Shown here: positions 39,707 to 52,961 of the stretch, in pieces | Layout of the letters: every line of letters begins with the position of its first letter | Position numbering within the stretch: position 1 is the first letter of the stretch | The notes under the pieces: model-generated | What the model was told of the DNA's origin: nothing | Seen by the model: the letters and a program-made list of their open reading frames with translations, nothing else | Databases searched by the model: none | Translations under genes and position numbers: made by a program | Assembly (NCBI GenBank): GCA_964016885.1 | Contig: OZ024740.1 | Location: 70,928,001 to 70,992,000, forward strand | From: Eledone cirrhosa | Lineage: Eukaryota | Direction of reading: 5' to 3' | DNA: 64,000 bases

Positions 39707-40270
39707 TCATTTATTAAAGTTATCTTTATCACTACTGCCTGAAGTATCACTTTCACCATCATTGACTTCATCTTCGGACTCTTCATTGTCTTCAATGGGT
39801 CTAATATGCTTGTAAACCTTGTTCAGATGAGAATTAACCTTGTTAATGCATCCTTGGACTGTTTTGCTCTCCAGATTCTGAAATGATGCATATTCCTGCC
39901 AGCACTTGCTCGAAGGTGGTGTTTGTGATGTACTGTCTTCCCATTTCTCCCTTGACAATGGCCCATAGGAGCTCGATCGGCTGCAAATTGGAATGATACG
40001 GTGAAAAAAAGATAGCCTCATGACCTCTTTCTCTTGTCATGGAACAAACGACTGGAAAGATGTGTAGTTTGCAGTACTCTCTCGGCTTTTCCAATAGTAC
40101 ACAGTTCAGATCTCCTGCTTCGAATGGAATCTTATGTTCTCGTCATGCCGCTTGCATTTGAGCTTTCTTCCATGATCCTTTTGGTGTCATCTGCTCCGAA
40201 ATCTTTTCTCCAGTCTCAACAAATTTGGTCTAGATTTCGCTGCAGAGTTTATTACTTCAACCAAGGACAT
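39707..40270 (-). pseudogene. IS630/Tc1/mariner-type DDE transposase, C-terminal relic
   Basis: GHEAIFFSPYHSNLQPIELLWAIVKGEMGRQY followed by an acidic tail. Confidence 0.75.
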
Positions 40271-41699
40271 TCACAGTACCAAATTAACAATCAAAATAAA
40301 AACACTGTGTTTTTATTTTGATTGTTAATTTAATACCTAATATCTGACTCTGTATCTAAAGAATTAACTCAGCGAAACACAGAACTTCTCTATGGATTTC
40401 ACTGGATTACGCGCCATCGGATTACATTGCGTTCTATCTACGGTACGGACCCTACCACCAGAGGTAGACCACACTATATATATATATATGTCCAACCCTT
40501 GCAGGCAGGGAACGCCCGTGTTAAATGATGATGATGTTATGCATATATATATTTATATATACATATGCATAACATCATCATTTAATTCACCAACCACTTT
40601 ACAGCATCTAGCGGCTGTCATGTTTGGCAAGCTTTCTATGACTAGATGCCCTTCCTAACAGGGAGACAAATATCAAGTGTGGTGTGATTTGGCAGGGTGA
40701 TGAGTGGGGAAGGGGAAAGGGTGATTTTTGATAGCATAGGGGAGGGGATGTTGTGGTGAGAACACCTAAATGGAGATAGTTGTGGGGAGATGATGTAGTG
40801 AATAGCATGGGATGGCACTCACAAGTGCTGGAAAAGGGAGGTATAGTGATGGAGACAATAGCTAAGGAGTGATAGTGGAGGGAACAGGGGGTTGCATAGC
40901 GGGGGAGGAGAGTAGCTAATGAGGACTTTATTATGAAGCAATGGCTTAAAGTTGGAGATCAATATTTATAAAGTCATGTACAAACATGTTTCAGCTTTAA
41001 CACTAGTTATCATTATAAGCTGGACAGCAATAACATTAACTCTTAAATGATTTGGAGCCATATTCTGAGTCATTTTGAGCTTTAAAGAGAAAAATCTTTT
41101 GATTGATTGTTTGATGTCCTGTAATTGAAATATGGCAATGTTTTCATTTATTTCAATGAAAAGTTTTGGAATTCGGATAACATTTAGTTCATCAGTTTTG
41201 TGATAAGGCTAACCTGTCACAACAACTACAAGATGATCCTCAGCTATGCAGAGGCAAATCATCAACTGGACATTCTTTAAAGAGAATGTAAGCCACAGAT
41301 AATATACTTTATGACACAAAGAACAAAAATTGTGAAGTCTGCAGTAGCTTGACCAGTAAAGCTTGTATATACTTATTGCAATAGTTGTTAAAAGAAAAAA
41401 CACACTTTATCCCATAACCTTTGCTATTATAAACATCATAGTGAAGTTTACATGTAGTTGTTTCAAATAATGTTGGATATCATCTTGGAGTTTCACTGGA
41501 TCTTATGTCATAACTTTTATATTTATTTACGGATTTTCAAATAAATTTGCTAGATTATTTAAAACTGAATGTAAATTCACAATTTACTTATTTTATACCG
41601 AACAGTACCAAGGTGCGATATAATTTTAAATAAGGTGAAAATAGATAATTTTCATACATTCATAAAAAGAATTTCAGCCTGTTTTAGATGGGTTGGAAA

Positions 41700-42180
41700 G
41701 ACTCTTCAGTCATGTCAAAGACATAACCTCCCTAGTGTCTGGTGACCTACATGATAAACATACCCAGAATGCGCTGTAATGTGACTGGTGATGGGAAGGG
41801 CTTCCAGCTGTAGGAAACTTGCCAAACAGAGGGCTACGGGGACCCCTCAGTCATGACAAGGACATGATAGCCTTCCTAGTGTTGGTGATCTACATAATAA
41901 ATGCCCCCAATATATGTTGTAAAGTGGTTGGTGATAGGAACAGCATCCAGCCATAGCTTGCCAATCAAAGGGTTGGGAGGACCTTCTGTTGTGTCAAAGA
42001 CATAACAACATCTCTTTTGCACTCGGTAGAATTTGAGACTGTACATAAGTGAGGCAGCAGATCCCTGGCTTATCTGGGAGATCAGTAATCTCGCTTCATT
42101 ACTGACTGACTTGGTCTATGTCGACCCATCCAACCCTTGCTAGCAGGAAAAGCAGCTGTTAAAATGATGACGATGCTGAT
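41700..42180 (+). mobile_element. Degenerate RTE-related SINE-like repeats
   Basis: gtggttggtgataggaa..gcatccagcc occurs twice; 3' end ccaacccttgctagcaggaaaagcag..gttaaaatgatgacgatg, also seen at 40490-40540. Confidence 0.55.
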
Positions 42181-42239
42181 AATGAATATATTTGCAATAG
42201 ACATGCAATATAAATAACAAATACAGTATTTAAATTAAT

Positions 42240-42412
42240 TGTTTCTACTATTGGCACAAGGCCAGCAATTATCTCAGTGCATTACTGGTACTTTATTTTA
42301 TCGACCCCGTAAGGATGGAAGGCAAAGTTAACCTCGGCGGGATTTGAACTCAGAATGGCAAGGGCCGTAATTCCATGCGCCAAAGCATGGCGTCCGACCC
42401 TCTACCGATAAT
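42240..42412 (-). mobile_element. tRNA-derived SINE
   Basis: Reverse complement of the core sequence. Confidence 0.85.
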
Positions 42413-42833
42413 GTTATAAAAAAAACTTTTCAATTGTCTACAATTTGATGTATAATACATTTAAAAGCCACATAAACAACAGAATTTCAAAGTCACAAAC
42501 ATTTATAAATTTAAATAAGGGGAGAAAAAGCTGCAAAATTGATATTTAATTGAATTGTTTAAGAGTTTTTAGGAATATAAGTACATTTTGTTAAAAAATA
42601 ATATATGAACATTTATATCAACCAAAGTATATGATTTTATTGTTTATTTATGAAATAAAATTTCAAAAAAGTTATTTCATTATTGTTTTTACTTTGTCAA
42701 CTTCTGCTATTTATAAAATATTCATATAAGTATTTATTTACATCTACTAACATAAATAGTAAATAATGCACATGTGTATAGTATATAGCACTTAAAAATG
42801 GCATTTATTTATCTATTTATATATTTAATAATC

Positions 42834-42874
<41 letters not shown>

Positions 42875-42942
42875 ACTTAAAATAAGAAAATTTCTTTAAA
42901 AAAATTTTTTTTTTTAAATTAACTTACTTACTTAAATTTTCA

Positions 42943-43022
42943 CTCCAACTAATTAGTTTCTGCAATGGGATAAAGACAGTTACGTAATGAACTGTTGAGA
43001 ATTTCATTGTGTCATCAGGGAG
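42943..43022 (-). ncRNA. Type I hammerhead, extended stem II (family D)
   Basis: ctcc CTGATGA c acaatg...acagtt cattacgt aactgt...cattgc a GAAAC taatta GTT ggag. Confidence 0.82.
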
Positions 43023-43502
43023 GTCATTCTCAGCCGAGTCTCCAGGCGATGCGCGGACACTGGGGACTCATATAAAAATAATAATAATTCGGCAACTGGA
43101 ACAGCTATCGAGGACTGGATTCCAGCCACTGAAAATTCTCACTGCCACTGATCATATGGCCGATTCTAAAGAATCAATCACGTGACACAGAGGCTAGTTA
43201 GTAGGAATGGGATGGTAAGATGACAGACGCCTACTAACACCCCCAAAAAAAATTTTTTAGAAGTGGTTTTGGCAGGTTTGCTCGACAAATCAGTGATTTG
43301 GAGATAAATATAGATAATTTAATATATCTACTAACATAAGCGCACAGATGTACGCTAATGCCAGCAAATACACAGGTTATGTCATAGTACCTAGGTGGTT
43401 CAATGCAGGAGAATGCAGAACAATAATATATAAGACGTAAAATAAGAAAATTTCTTTTAAAAAAATTTTTTTTTTAAATTAACTTACTTACTTAAATTTT
43501 CA

Positions 43503-43582
43503 CTCCAACTAATTAGTTTCTGCAATGGGATAAAGACAGTTACGTAATGAACTGTTGAGAATTTCATTGCGTCATCAGGGAG
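43503..43582 (-). ncRNA. Type I hammerhead, extended stem II (family D)
   Basis: As above, with a perfect gcaatg/cattgc base of stem II. Confidence 0.85.
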
Positions 43583-44342
43583 GTCATTCTCAGCCGAGTC
43601 TCCAGGCGATGCGCGGACACTGGGGACTCATATAAAAATAATAATAATTCGGCAACTGGAACAGCTATCGAGGACTGGATTCCAGCCACTGAAAATTCTC
43701 ACTGCCACTGATCATATGGCCGATTCTAAAGAATCAATCACGTGACACAGAGGCTAGTTAGTAGGAATGGGATGGTAAGATGACAGACGCCTACTAACAC
43801 CCCCAAAAAAATTTTTTAGAAGTGGTTTTGGCAGGTTTGCTCGACAAATCAGTGATTTGGAGATAAATATAGATAATTTAATATATCTACTAACATAAGC
43901 GCACAGATATATATATATAATACATATATGGGGGGATGTTATTGACGAATGTGAGAAAAAGTACTATTATGGCTAAGTAGTGAAACTCCAAGGCTTACCA
44001 TTTAGCTATAAAAAATGAAATGAAAAACGCAGAGAGAGACGGGGGGAGAGTGAGTTTATGTTTGTTGAATGACATTTTCTCAATTTTGAAAAGCGTTCGA
44101 AAAATTAAAAAGCAAGCTTTTAAAGGAGATTACTCTTGTTTCCATCCTTTCTTAATTATTTCCCTTTAAACATCTTCGTTTAGATCAGTTTAGAAGTTCG
44201 TTTTTCAGAAACACTATTCGACTGTATGTCACTTTGAGTGAATATCATCTACTGTAGTAACGGGTTAACGGGCGCGCATGCGTCTGGGATTTATATCCTA
44301 TATGTACGAAGTGTGTATATATACATATATGCGTGTGTACGA

Positions 44343-44389
<47 letters not shown>

Positions 44390-44432
44390 CATACAATGTC
44401 TTTCCACCCTCGGAACTCTTTTCCCTCCCACT

Positions 44433-44470
44433 TTTCTCCTAATGAAGGGCTTATGGCCGAAACCTCGTCC
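44433..44470 (+). ncRNA. Degenerate Penelope-type hammerhead (G5 to A, probably inactive)
   Basis: ctcCTAATGAagggcttatggccGAAACctcGTC; no stem I partner. Confidence 0.45.
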
Positions 44471-44549
44471 CCCACCCCCACTCTCAAGCGTGAACCTAAT
44501 ACTAACACTGTTTGTACTGCACTCTTCGTTTTTGTTTTTTGTTTATAAT

Positions 44550-44562
44550 TTATATATATATG

Positions 44563-44630
<68 letters not shown>

Positions 44631-44721
44631 CATATATACATATATATATATATATACATATACATATACATATATATATACATATATATATATACATATA
44701 TATACATATACATATACATAC

Positions 44722-44809
<88 letters not shown>

Positions 44810-44817
44810 ATATATAT
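44550..44817. repeat. (TA)n/(TACATA)n microsatellite
   Basis: Direct reading. Confidence 0.97.
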
Positions 44818-45418
44818 ATGGTGGCTGCCAACTCGTTTTCGAGTACGGCCACTACTTTATATCCATGTAGGAGAACCCCTACCGATGCGCTGAATGAGTG
44901 TGGCTTTTTAGTCCAGCCAGCGACTTGAAAACTCTGGTACAAACACTACACTTGTGACAATTATTGACACATAGTGCTGGGCCATGTGACGACAAGTGCA
45001 GAGAGATCTCCAGATATAAAGCAATGCCTGTGCCATGAAGCTTTTATAGTGAGCAAAGGCACTGCACAAAGCCAGTCCCACTCTCTTAACCAAGATGATA
45101 GTTACCAAAAAGAAGAACAAGTCAACATCATTGGATACCATCAGGGTTGCAGGTGTTATATCAGAGTTTTCCTTCTCCTAGAATTCTGCCTTGACAAAGG
45201 CTAAGGGGTCATCTCTCCCTGTGATTTTGGATGGCGATTGACTCTTAAGAGCTCCTTTTCCCTTTGACAGATTTTGTTTTTAGTCCTGCAGGATGTCCAA
45301 AGTCACCCTCCTCACCAAGAAACCTTGGTGGGGTTGCCAGTTTAGTCGCCAACGACCCGACCATGAGACAGGTTGTACTGGGATACATGTTACCAGTAGC
45401 ACCAACTGGTGACCTGAC
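44818..45418 (-). mobile_element. Full copy of the 600-bp internally deleted RTE derivative
   Basis: Colinear with 7931-8530, same 5' and 3' ends. Confidence 0.85.
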
Positions 45419-45432
45419 ATATCTATATATAC

Positions 45433-45479
<47 letters not shown>

Positions 45480-45480
45480 C

Positions 45481-45511
<31 letters not shown>

Positions 45512-45529
45512 CATAATTATATATACATA

Positions 45530-45850
45530 ATTCGTTTTTGAATTTGTTTTGCGTGATTTCTTATCTGAAAACGTGTGTTGAAACAGATATTGTTATACTT
45601 TGGGAGGGTCATGTTGCCAATAAAAACACACGCACCTGCAAATGTTCACTTCAATTTATTATAAATTTCCGGTTGGCTTGTTGGTTCGATAACTGGAAGG
45701 TTGTTTATATATTGTCAAAGTTCTTTCGTCACACATTCTGTGACCTCCTCAGTGATTAGGTTTTTATTTTGTGTGTCTCTCCTTTCTTCTGTCCTACACC
45801 ATCTTTCTTTTGTGTGTTGTGTGTTCACAACACACAAAAGCAAGATGGTG
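45530..45850 (-). mobile_element. Family B Penelope-like remnant with a hammerhead-like motif at 45714-45756 (CTGAGGA core)
   Basis: Homologous to 4308-4562 and 5487-5795. Confidence 0.75.
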
Positions 45851-46092
45851 TAATCTTCAGTCAATCTCACCCCTCTACCACCTTCTCGTTGTCCTCCACC
45901 TCCGTATTCTTCTTCTTCTTCTTCTTGACCTGGCTACCCCCACATTTGGCTTTGTTGTAGAAGAATAGATGATGATGATGATGATGATGATGAGGAGGAG
46001 GAGATTACGATAGTCGAAGAAAACTCTGGAATTCAAGCGTCTTCACAGAAAACTTTCTAATCAATGAATTATTAAATTATTATTATTTACTA

Positions 46093-46500
46093 AAGGCGGT
46101 GGATTAGCAGTATCGGTAGAGCATCAGACACCATGCTTTGCAGCACAGAGTTACGGCCCTTCCCTAGATCTGAGTTCAAATCCCGCCGAGATTAACTTTG
46201 CGTTTCATCCTTACGGGGTCGATAAAATAAAGTACCAGTCACGCACTGGGGTCGATTTAATCGACTTTCCCCTCCCCCCAAATTACTGGCTTTGTGCCTA
46301 TACCAGAAATCATTATTTACGTGGATTGGCAGTATTGGTAGAGGGTCGGACGCCATGCTTTCCAGCATAGTTACATCCCTTTGCGGTCTGAGTTCAAATC
46401 CCGCCGAGGTAAACTTTGCCTTTCATCCTTACGGGGTCGATAAAATAAAGTACCAGTAATGCACTGATAATTGATGGCCTTATGCCAAAAGTAGAAACAA
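46093..46500 (+). mobile_element. Two tandem tRNA-derived SINEs (46093-46312, 46320-46500)
   Basis: Full head plus core. Confidence 0.88.
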
Positions 46501-46833
46501 TTATTTACTAGAGACCCAATCATTTTAGACGGGTACACTGCAGCTCAAATACACTGTCATGCCAAGTGTGTAGAATTTTCTCTCTTCCTGGGGCGGTGGA
46601 AGCATTTCTGAATTGGGGCGAGGGGAAAATTTGGATAATTTAGTTGTAGTGATCAGTTTAGCTCTTTGCATTCTAAAATGTTCAGAAAAATTCGATAAGC
46701 GATAAACATAACATGTACATAAATTGTAGCACATATCCAAATAAATGTGTTTTGGTAGTTTGGGGAGAAAATATAATTATTGGAGGGCGGCGTGAAACTG
46801 GTATTATACCCAATTTATTCAATTTATTCATCT

Positions 46834-46878
<45 letters not shown>

Positions 46879-47709
46879 TTATTTATTATGGCTATTGGTG
46901 AGCTAAAGTTTCACCTGCGCACTCACAGGATCACCAGTCTAATCTGGTAAGTACGCAGGTGAGACTCCAGAGTAACAAGGCTTAGTCATAATAAACGAAT
47001 ATTTAAACTCAACTTCGGTATTGAGTTTTCATTCTTACGTCTGTCAATAATTCACGTGCTCTCAGGCCTTGAATAATCGTCCCCACCCTCGCTTATTAAT
47101 TTGTGAGATCTCCCTCTCTCCCCTCCCCCATCCCGGTTTTTATCACACACACACACCACCCGTTTATTAAATTTTGCTAATCTATCTCCGGCGAAATTTT
47201 ATTGTAAGTGATTCATATTGATACAGCAGCTGGAGAATCTAATGATAATTTTATTTTACATTAAAAAAACATTATATATGACAAAACATTATATACGTAT
47301 GACAAAAGAAGAACATTACAAGAAATCTCATATTTACGAAAGTACTCTATACAATTACTGATTTCCCAATTATTGCCACCCCTCCTATTATTTGGAACTC
47401 GAGATTGCCACGAAAGTCTCCTACTCTCTATGTCTATCACACAAAACTCTCATTTTAATCCCCCTCCTTGTATCTACTAAAACCAAAACTCTACACCTCT
47501 CTATATCTACCACAAGACTGCTTCTCTTATTCCACTCCCTATATCTAAGACTAATACATTCTCTCACTCTCTATAAATATCTACACATACTTCTCCCAAC
47601 TTCCCTCTGTATATCAATCACCCCTAAACTCTCACCCTTTCTATATCTACTACACGACACTCTCCCATTATCCCTCTCTGTATATCTACAACTACAATCT
47701 CTCCACCTC

Positions 47710-48850
47710 TTCCTTTGGAAGGGGCGGCCTCCTATGGTGAGGAGATCCATCTGCTGCCAACACCCTCTGAAAGGAGGGCTGGGGATGCCGTAGCTACTGA
47801 TGCGTAAACACGCATTAAGGCTACGGCACCTCCATGTATTCCTCACCTGGCAACCGGTGTGGGCCCCGTTTGTGAGACGAGCCTTTCCGAGACTCGTCTC
47901 GCTCACCGAGCTGCAATCCTGGGTAAAGCGAAGACCGAGAAAACTGGGCGCCTGGCACACTAAGTGTGCCCAGGCGCTCACGGTTCTCTGGCAAGCGGAC
48001 CCGGCTATCAGTGGAGATTCCACCTCGACATTCTATAGAGGGCTGGTGGCTAGCGGGGGCGACGACGCCCTTGGCGAGTCCCTAGGCATGGAGGAAGACA
48101 AACTGGCCAGCCTGTTCGGTAGGACATTTGCCCAGGACCTATGGACAACTTCCAAAGGTCCCTGGCCTGGCAGTGCTACCGAGGGGCTCTGCCCGTTCGA
48201 GAAAGGCTCTACAGACACGGGTGCCCGGGCGGGGATCCCTCGCGAAAGAACTGTCCCAGATGCCTGCGCGACGAGGAAACCGTTGCGCATGCACTGGTAC
48301 AATGCCCTGGCATTGCCGATCTGTGGGGCTATGTCGAACGACTGCTGTCACGGGAGGCGCCAATCCGGTTGACCACCGAGTCCATTGTGACGATCAAGCC
48401 GCCTCCCCGCCTCGAAAACGAAGGAGAGGCGGTCTTTCTGTGTGTGTAGTAGCCATGGCGAAAGAAGCTGTGTGGTGGACGCGACTGAAAGGGCTGAGGT
48501 CAGGCGACTTTCTCTCCGGCAAACAGCTGGTCCTCTTCTTTCGATATCACTTCGGAAGAAGGATCAGGGTGGAGAGAAAGGCCCTCGGCCCCAGCCGGTT
48601 TTATGAAAGGTGGGTGAAAGTGGCCTTCTCTCTATATCAGTCTGTAGAGGTAAGTGAAGAGCGGAGTACCCCCTCTCTGTGCTCCCTGGCAGAAGGGTCG
48701 CACACTTTTTCGGGGGGGGGGGTGACCCCAAAGCGCTTCCTCCCTATTGAGGACTTGATTGTTATATTTTGATTGTTATTGTTATTTTTATATGTACTCG
48801 ATGTTTGTAAAACGTCCCCCACCCAATGCCCTGGTGGCAAATAAATAAAT
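47710..48850 (+). mobile_element. Tx1 3' fragment (third subfamily)
   Basis: FLWKGRPPMVRRSICCQHPLKGGLGMP...MDNFQRSLAWQCYRGALPVR...CPRC; AATAAA tail. Confidence 0.9.
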
Positions 48851-49372
48851 TATATCTACTACACGGCACTCTCCCATTATCCCTCTCTGTATATCTACAA
48901 CTACCAATCTCTCCACCTCACTATATCTACTACACGAAACGCTCTTCCAACACTCCTCCTTATATCAATTAACACCAAATTATCCCCCCTCTCTATATCA
49001 ATAAACATCAAACTCTCCTCCTCTCTATATCTACTACACGGAACTCTCTCCCAACCCACTCCCTATATCAGTTCCACCAAACTATCCCCCTCTCCATATC
49101 TACCATACAACACTTTCTCTCTCATTACCTCTCACGCTATCCCTCACTACCAAACTCTCCTCCTCTCTATATCTATCAATCCTCTCACTCTATTCATTAC
49201 CACCAAATTCTTCTCCTCTCTCCATCAACCATACAATACTCTCTCCCAATACCCCTGTCTATGTCAATTAACACCAAACTCTTCCCCTCTCTATATCTAC
49301 TACACTAAAGGTTCTCAACGGGGGGCATCTCGTAGCCCCAGCGGCACGTTATGCAGTTGTATGGAGGACAAG

Positions 49373-49797
49373 GTTGAAAGGGCTGAGGTCAGACACCTTT
49401 CTCTCCGGCCAACAACTGATTCTTTTTTTCAAATACCACTTTGGAAGAAGAATCAGGATGGAGAGAGAGGTGCTGTACCCCAGCAAGTTTTATGAAAGGT
49501 GGGTGAAAGTGGCGAGAATGGCCCGAGTGAATGGGCCTTCTCTCTATATCAGCCTGTAGGTTGAGGAAAGGAGGAGGAGAGGAAAGGAGTACAAACTCTT
49601 CGTACTCCTGGAGATGAGGGTTGCACATTTTTTCGGGGGTATGTGTTACCCATATGAACTGTCTCCCCCTTTTGGGGAAAATCGACTAATTTTTTAAATT
49701 GCATTTGTGATAACATTTTACACGTTTTTACTGTATGTAAACTTCCCCCTTTGTATTTGTCCCCTTCTTTTGTGCCCCTGTGGCTAATAAAGAAACA
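49373..49797 (+). mobile_element. Tx1 extreme 3' fragment
   Basis: KGLRSDTFLSG...ERWVKVARMARVNGPSL plus a 3' UTR ending aataaagaaac. Confidence 0.85.
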
Positions 49798-49842
49798 TAT
49801 CTATTTCTTACTCTCTCTCTGTCCCTCCCTCTTTCTCTCTTC

Positions 49843-49893
<51 letters not shown>

Positions 49894-50013
49894 GAGCGTT
49901 GTTATTTGGCGTTGTTGAAAAGAGCTGTGGCCTTTGACCTGGCAATAAAAAACTGTAGACAAAATTCTTTCTGTACCAAGGCACACATACACACAATTTT
50001 GTGTGTGTGTATG

Positions 50014-50048
<35 letters not shown>

Positions 50049-52558
50049 CTATCTATGTTTATATATAAGGGATAAAAATATTGCTTTCTCAGTCACCAAG
50101 CTTCTCAATTCATTCCTTACTACTTATTTTGCTACGAGGTATATTATTTTGCAATGTACTATTTTTCCCCTGAGTTTGTGATTTCAAAGAAAGGTAAGAA
50201 ATTCTTCATATTTTGCATCTTTTGTATTTTGACTTTGCAGTTTCAATTGTCTATCCATTCAAAATATTACAACAGCTAACAGTGAAATATAGAATTTAAA
50301 AAAAAAAGCTTTTTCGACTGAGATCAAATGTTTTTTTTTTATTTCAAAAATATATAATTTGAAATAGCTTGCTTTTGTTTTGGACTGAAACTTTTTTGTA
50401 TTTAATTCGTACGAGTATTTTTTAAAGAATCTAAGATAACTTGATTTGGCCCAGTAATCTGAATATATTGAAAATGGAAAAATAGGCCTTTCGTTTGGCT
50501 AAAATGGGTTGAGAACCTTTGTACTACACCGTACTCTCTTTCATTCCTCCTCTCTATATCAATTAGCCCCAAACTCTTCCCCTCTCTATATCTACTACAC
50601 GGAGCTCTCTTCCAATATTCCTCTCTCTATCAATTAACTCCAAACTATTCCCCTGTATATCTACTACACAGAAGTCTCTTCAAATTCCTCTCTCTATATC
50701 AATAAACCTCAATCTCTCTCCCCCTCTCTATATCTAATATACAACACACTCTCCCAACCTTCCTCTCTATCTCAATTAGCACCAAACTCCCCCCCCCCCC
50801 TCTATATCTTTATTTATCTCTCCCATCTGTCTCTACATAACATGTGCATAAATTTTAGCGCCTATACAAATAGATGTGTGTTTTGGTAGTTTGGGGAGAA
50901 AAATATAATTAGTGTGGGAGAGGGGCGGAGCATGTCCCCCTTCCTCCCCAGTTCCACCGCCCCTGCCTTCCCATCACCCCTATTTTCTCTTCCATATTTC
51001 CTTTCTATTAAATATGTAAATAGCATTAGACATGTGTTGTGGTTAATAGTTATTTCTAAATGGGTTCAGGTGTTGTGTATGTTGTTCATCAGCCTGTTTT
51101 GGGTTAGTGTTATGAATCCCAAGAGAAGGAGGTAAATGACCTCCCATTAATAGTTTAAACTGAATAATTATCTTATTAGCTGCCATCAGCTTTTAGTTCC
51201 AGTAGTCAAGTCTACAAGTGACTAGAAAAGTTTTATACACTACTTCTTTTATTCAGACTAATGAAATTTTAATACATGTATGCACTGTACGTTTTTGTAT
51301 TCGTTTGCTTCTATGAGTCAGCTAGAATTTAGTGACGTCATTCATTAAATTATGTTTAGAGATAAAGAAGAAGAGTTCGATGAATATAAATTAGAAGATT
51401 GTTTATTTAAATAATGGCACAACTAAACTGTGAGCTTATTAATCTAAAAGAAACAATTCTATTTTCTGCGAATCAATAGTCCCTGCCCGTGTCGGATTTT
51501 TCATTGTGCTTAGGTGTGCTTGAGCACAGGTTCCTGTTAGCTAAGAGTCCCATCTTCCTGTGTTGGCCTACCGGACCTACCTCCTTCAGAGCCCAAGTAT
51601 GGCGCCTCATAACTTAACTAACACAGGGCCTCATATGTCCTAAATCCAGCACTAGTCTCTGGCATTCATTTTATTGTAGATACACAGTGGAAGTTTGGTA
51701 TTTCATATCGTACTTTGTAATGAATATATTCAAGGTGTCATTACAGTATAATTTCTTAAGATTCTGTGGTACTGAAGATATGACAGTATTACTGCCCAGC
51801 TGAATATATTTCTACAATATTAAATCCTGCAGTCAAAATGGGGTTTATAACATCTCCAGAACCGTGCAAATGTTGGTAAAGATGAATGGAAAAATTTATG
51901 TCATAATTCGACAATTTAGCAGACATACTAATTTATTTTCTTCTTCTTTAGATTGGGAAGGAGGATTTGCCTCTTAAAGCTTGGGCTGAAAAAATGTCTC
52001 TGTGGATGGTGCGAGTTATGTGCCAAACAGAGCCCGACTACAGATCTTTTTTTTAAATCACTACAATGTTATATGTAGTTAAGATGGAATCGAATATCCT
52101 ATTGTATCAGCTCAATTGATTTAACTATAGCTATCCACCAATGAGTGATCATCTGTATCGATTTATATATAGATATGTTTCCATGTCCCTCTTTTTCCCC
52201 GTCGGCAGTTGATAAGCTTCAAAGTTATTCACATCCCCGAAACAATCATCAATTTTACACCTTTACTGCTATTTAGATCAGTGAACACTTGTCCTATTCT
52301 ATTTACAGTTTTGTGGAATAAAGTATTAATAGTTACGAACAGAATACAAACTTTCGATCCTTGGGTTAGTTGCTGGATATATTATCCCCTCAATCAACTG
52401 ATGATGCTATGCCTTAAACTGTGACCAGGGCCTCCAAGAGAAATTTTGCAAGGTGGTACAAGACCCTTTTGGGGCCCAAAGCAGGTAAAGATTTTTCTCA
52501 AAATGGATGTTGCATGGTTGCTATGGGGCCTTTTTAGCTCTTGGGCCCCAGAACAAAG

Positions 52559-52961
52559 TATAACGGGTTTTAGGGTCAATTCTTAATATACATAATAGAG
52601 ATCAGAAGGCATTTAGAACATTGACTAAATCCATTATCGATGTTGTAACTCTATTTATTAGTTGTACATGTTGAACGGATACATTAGGTACAGGTCGTAT
52701 CTACATGTGTAGGATGTAGTTTGGTCCGCTTCATTGCAAGATGGAGATGTTGTTAGCAGCGAGGAGTGTAGCCTGGTCTTGTCGATAAGAGAGGTGCGTG
52801 TAGACTAATGTCTCTCTTGGTCACCTCCGCTCACACTGGTGACGTAGTTCTGGACAGTCGAATTAGTGCACCGAAGGTTTCGATTGGCTCACACTTCAGC
52901 CAACTTACCTCCGTAACACCATTCCGCCGCAGAAGGAAAATACATTTTATTCACTGCTACA
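52559..52961 (-). repeat. 3' LTR (TGTAGC...TTATA on the minus strand); PPT at ~52962-52975
   Basis: Matches 57922-58324. Confidence 0.95.

Larger units (their letters stand above)
42871..43908 (-). mobile_element. Family D: 560-bp head-to-tail tandem (~1.85 units), non-coding, one hammerhead per unit
   Basis: 42871 aligns with 43431; units nearly identical; TA tracts on both sides. Confidence 0.88.
47390..50830. repeat. Degenerate pyrimidine-rich minisatellite (ctctctatatc[tactacac/aattaacacc]...), interrupted by insertions
   Basis: A ~35-bp motif recurs at 47410-47709, 48851-49305 and 50520-50830. Confidence 0.75.

Noticed and set aside
42960-43015. SECIS element in the family D long hairpin
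   Set aside because: No proper AUGA/GA quartet with apical AA spacing, and no UGA-containing ORF; better explained as hammerhead stem II
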